From Candidatus Xenobia bacterium (GTDB taxonomy: Bacteria > Vulcanimicrobiota > Xenobia > Xenobiales > QWHO01): a DNA stretch of 64,000 nucleotides. Location of the stretch: assembly GCA_045863235.1 (NCBI GenBank), contig BTUM01000002.1, positions 1 through 64,000 of the forward strand, read 5' to 3'. Shown piece after piece: positions 63,671 through 64,000 of this stretch. The notes beneath the pieces are model-generated. The model searched no databases, was not told where the DNA came from, and saw nothing but the letters and a program-made list of their open reading frames with translations. Within the stretch, counting starts at the first letter, position 1. Each line of letters starts with the position of its first letter. A program made the position numbers and the translations under genes.

Positions 63671-63844
63671 TGGACATCAAGACCATGGCTAGAGTCTGTA
63701 CGATTGGAGGGCAAGAAACTTCGCTGTGCAGTGTGATTTCGCTTCCAAATTTGAATTTCCTTCGAACACACGGCCGTTTTTTGCCCTTGCCTGCCGATTC
63801 GTTCCAAGGGGGTCTCGAGCGACGCCTGAGCGAACCCCAAGCGC

Positions 63845-64000
63845 GTGTCGGTGCTGGTTGTGGACATGCTCACCAAATCCTACGGGCAGACCCTGGCCGT
63901 GGATCGTGTCTCTTTCCAGGTGCGCCCCAACGAGATTGTGGGTCTGCTCGGGCCGAACGGCGCCGGCAAGACCACCACCATCAGCATGGTGCTGGGCGTG
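63845..64000 (+). CDS. ABC transporter ATP-binding protein, truncated by the window edge
   Basis: [44 protein letters not shown]. Confidence 0.88.
   Translation, partial: MSVLVVDMLTKSYGQTLAVDRVSFQVRPNEIVGLLGPNGAGKTTTISMVLGV

Overview
GC-rich (roughly two-thirds G+C, by eye) bacterial chromosome segment with about 60 genes and no rRNA, tRNA, CRISPR array or intact transposase. Housekeeping genes: rplY-pth, mfd, a stand-alone ftsZ, U32/RlhA-like protein, thioredoxin, ECF sigma/anti-sigma. Accessory genes: TolC-MacA-MacB-type efflux operon, Phd-VapC toxin-antitoxin pair, GH4, several c-di-GMP proteins and an orphan 2,100-aa Pfa3/PfaBC-type PUFA synthase subunit. The most notable signal is a recurrent promoter architecture, (T/G)TTCAG(G/C/T)-N4-TTT(C/G)AGG-N9-TAnnnT, seen with identical spacing before 5-9 scattered genes. 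Several of these genes appear leaderless, and most encode proteins with low-complexity N-terminal leaders fused to enzymatic or eukaryote-like domains (tyrosine phosphatase next to a CesT/YbjN-like chaperone, lipase, RNase II-like, RUS1-like, macro+HD-GYP). This suggests an undescribed regulon, possibly of exported effectors; that interpretation is inference. Also seen: three genes that appear to need non-canonical starts (two CTG in CTGA overlaps, one ATC), a 110-bp two-copy hairpin element that contains the stop codon of the flanking gene in both copies, and tandem NrdR-like boxes with no ribonucleotide reductase nearby. Lineage cannot be fixed from the sequence; the gene style recalls Eremiobacterota/Vulcanimicrobiota (weak inference). 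All family assignments come from motif recognition, not database searches.
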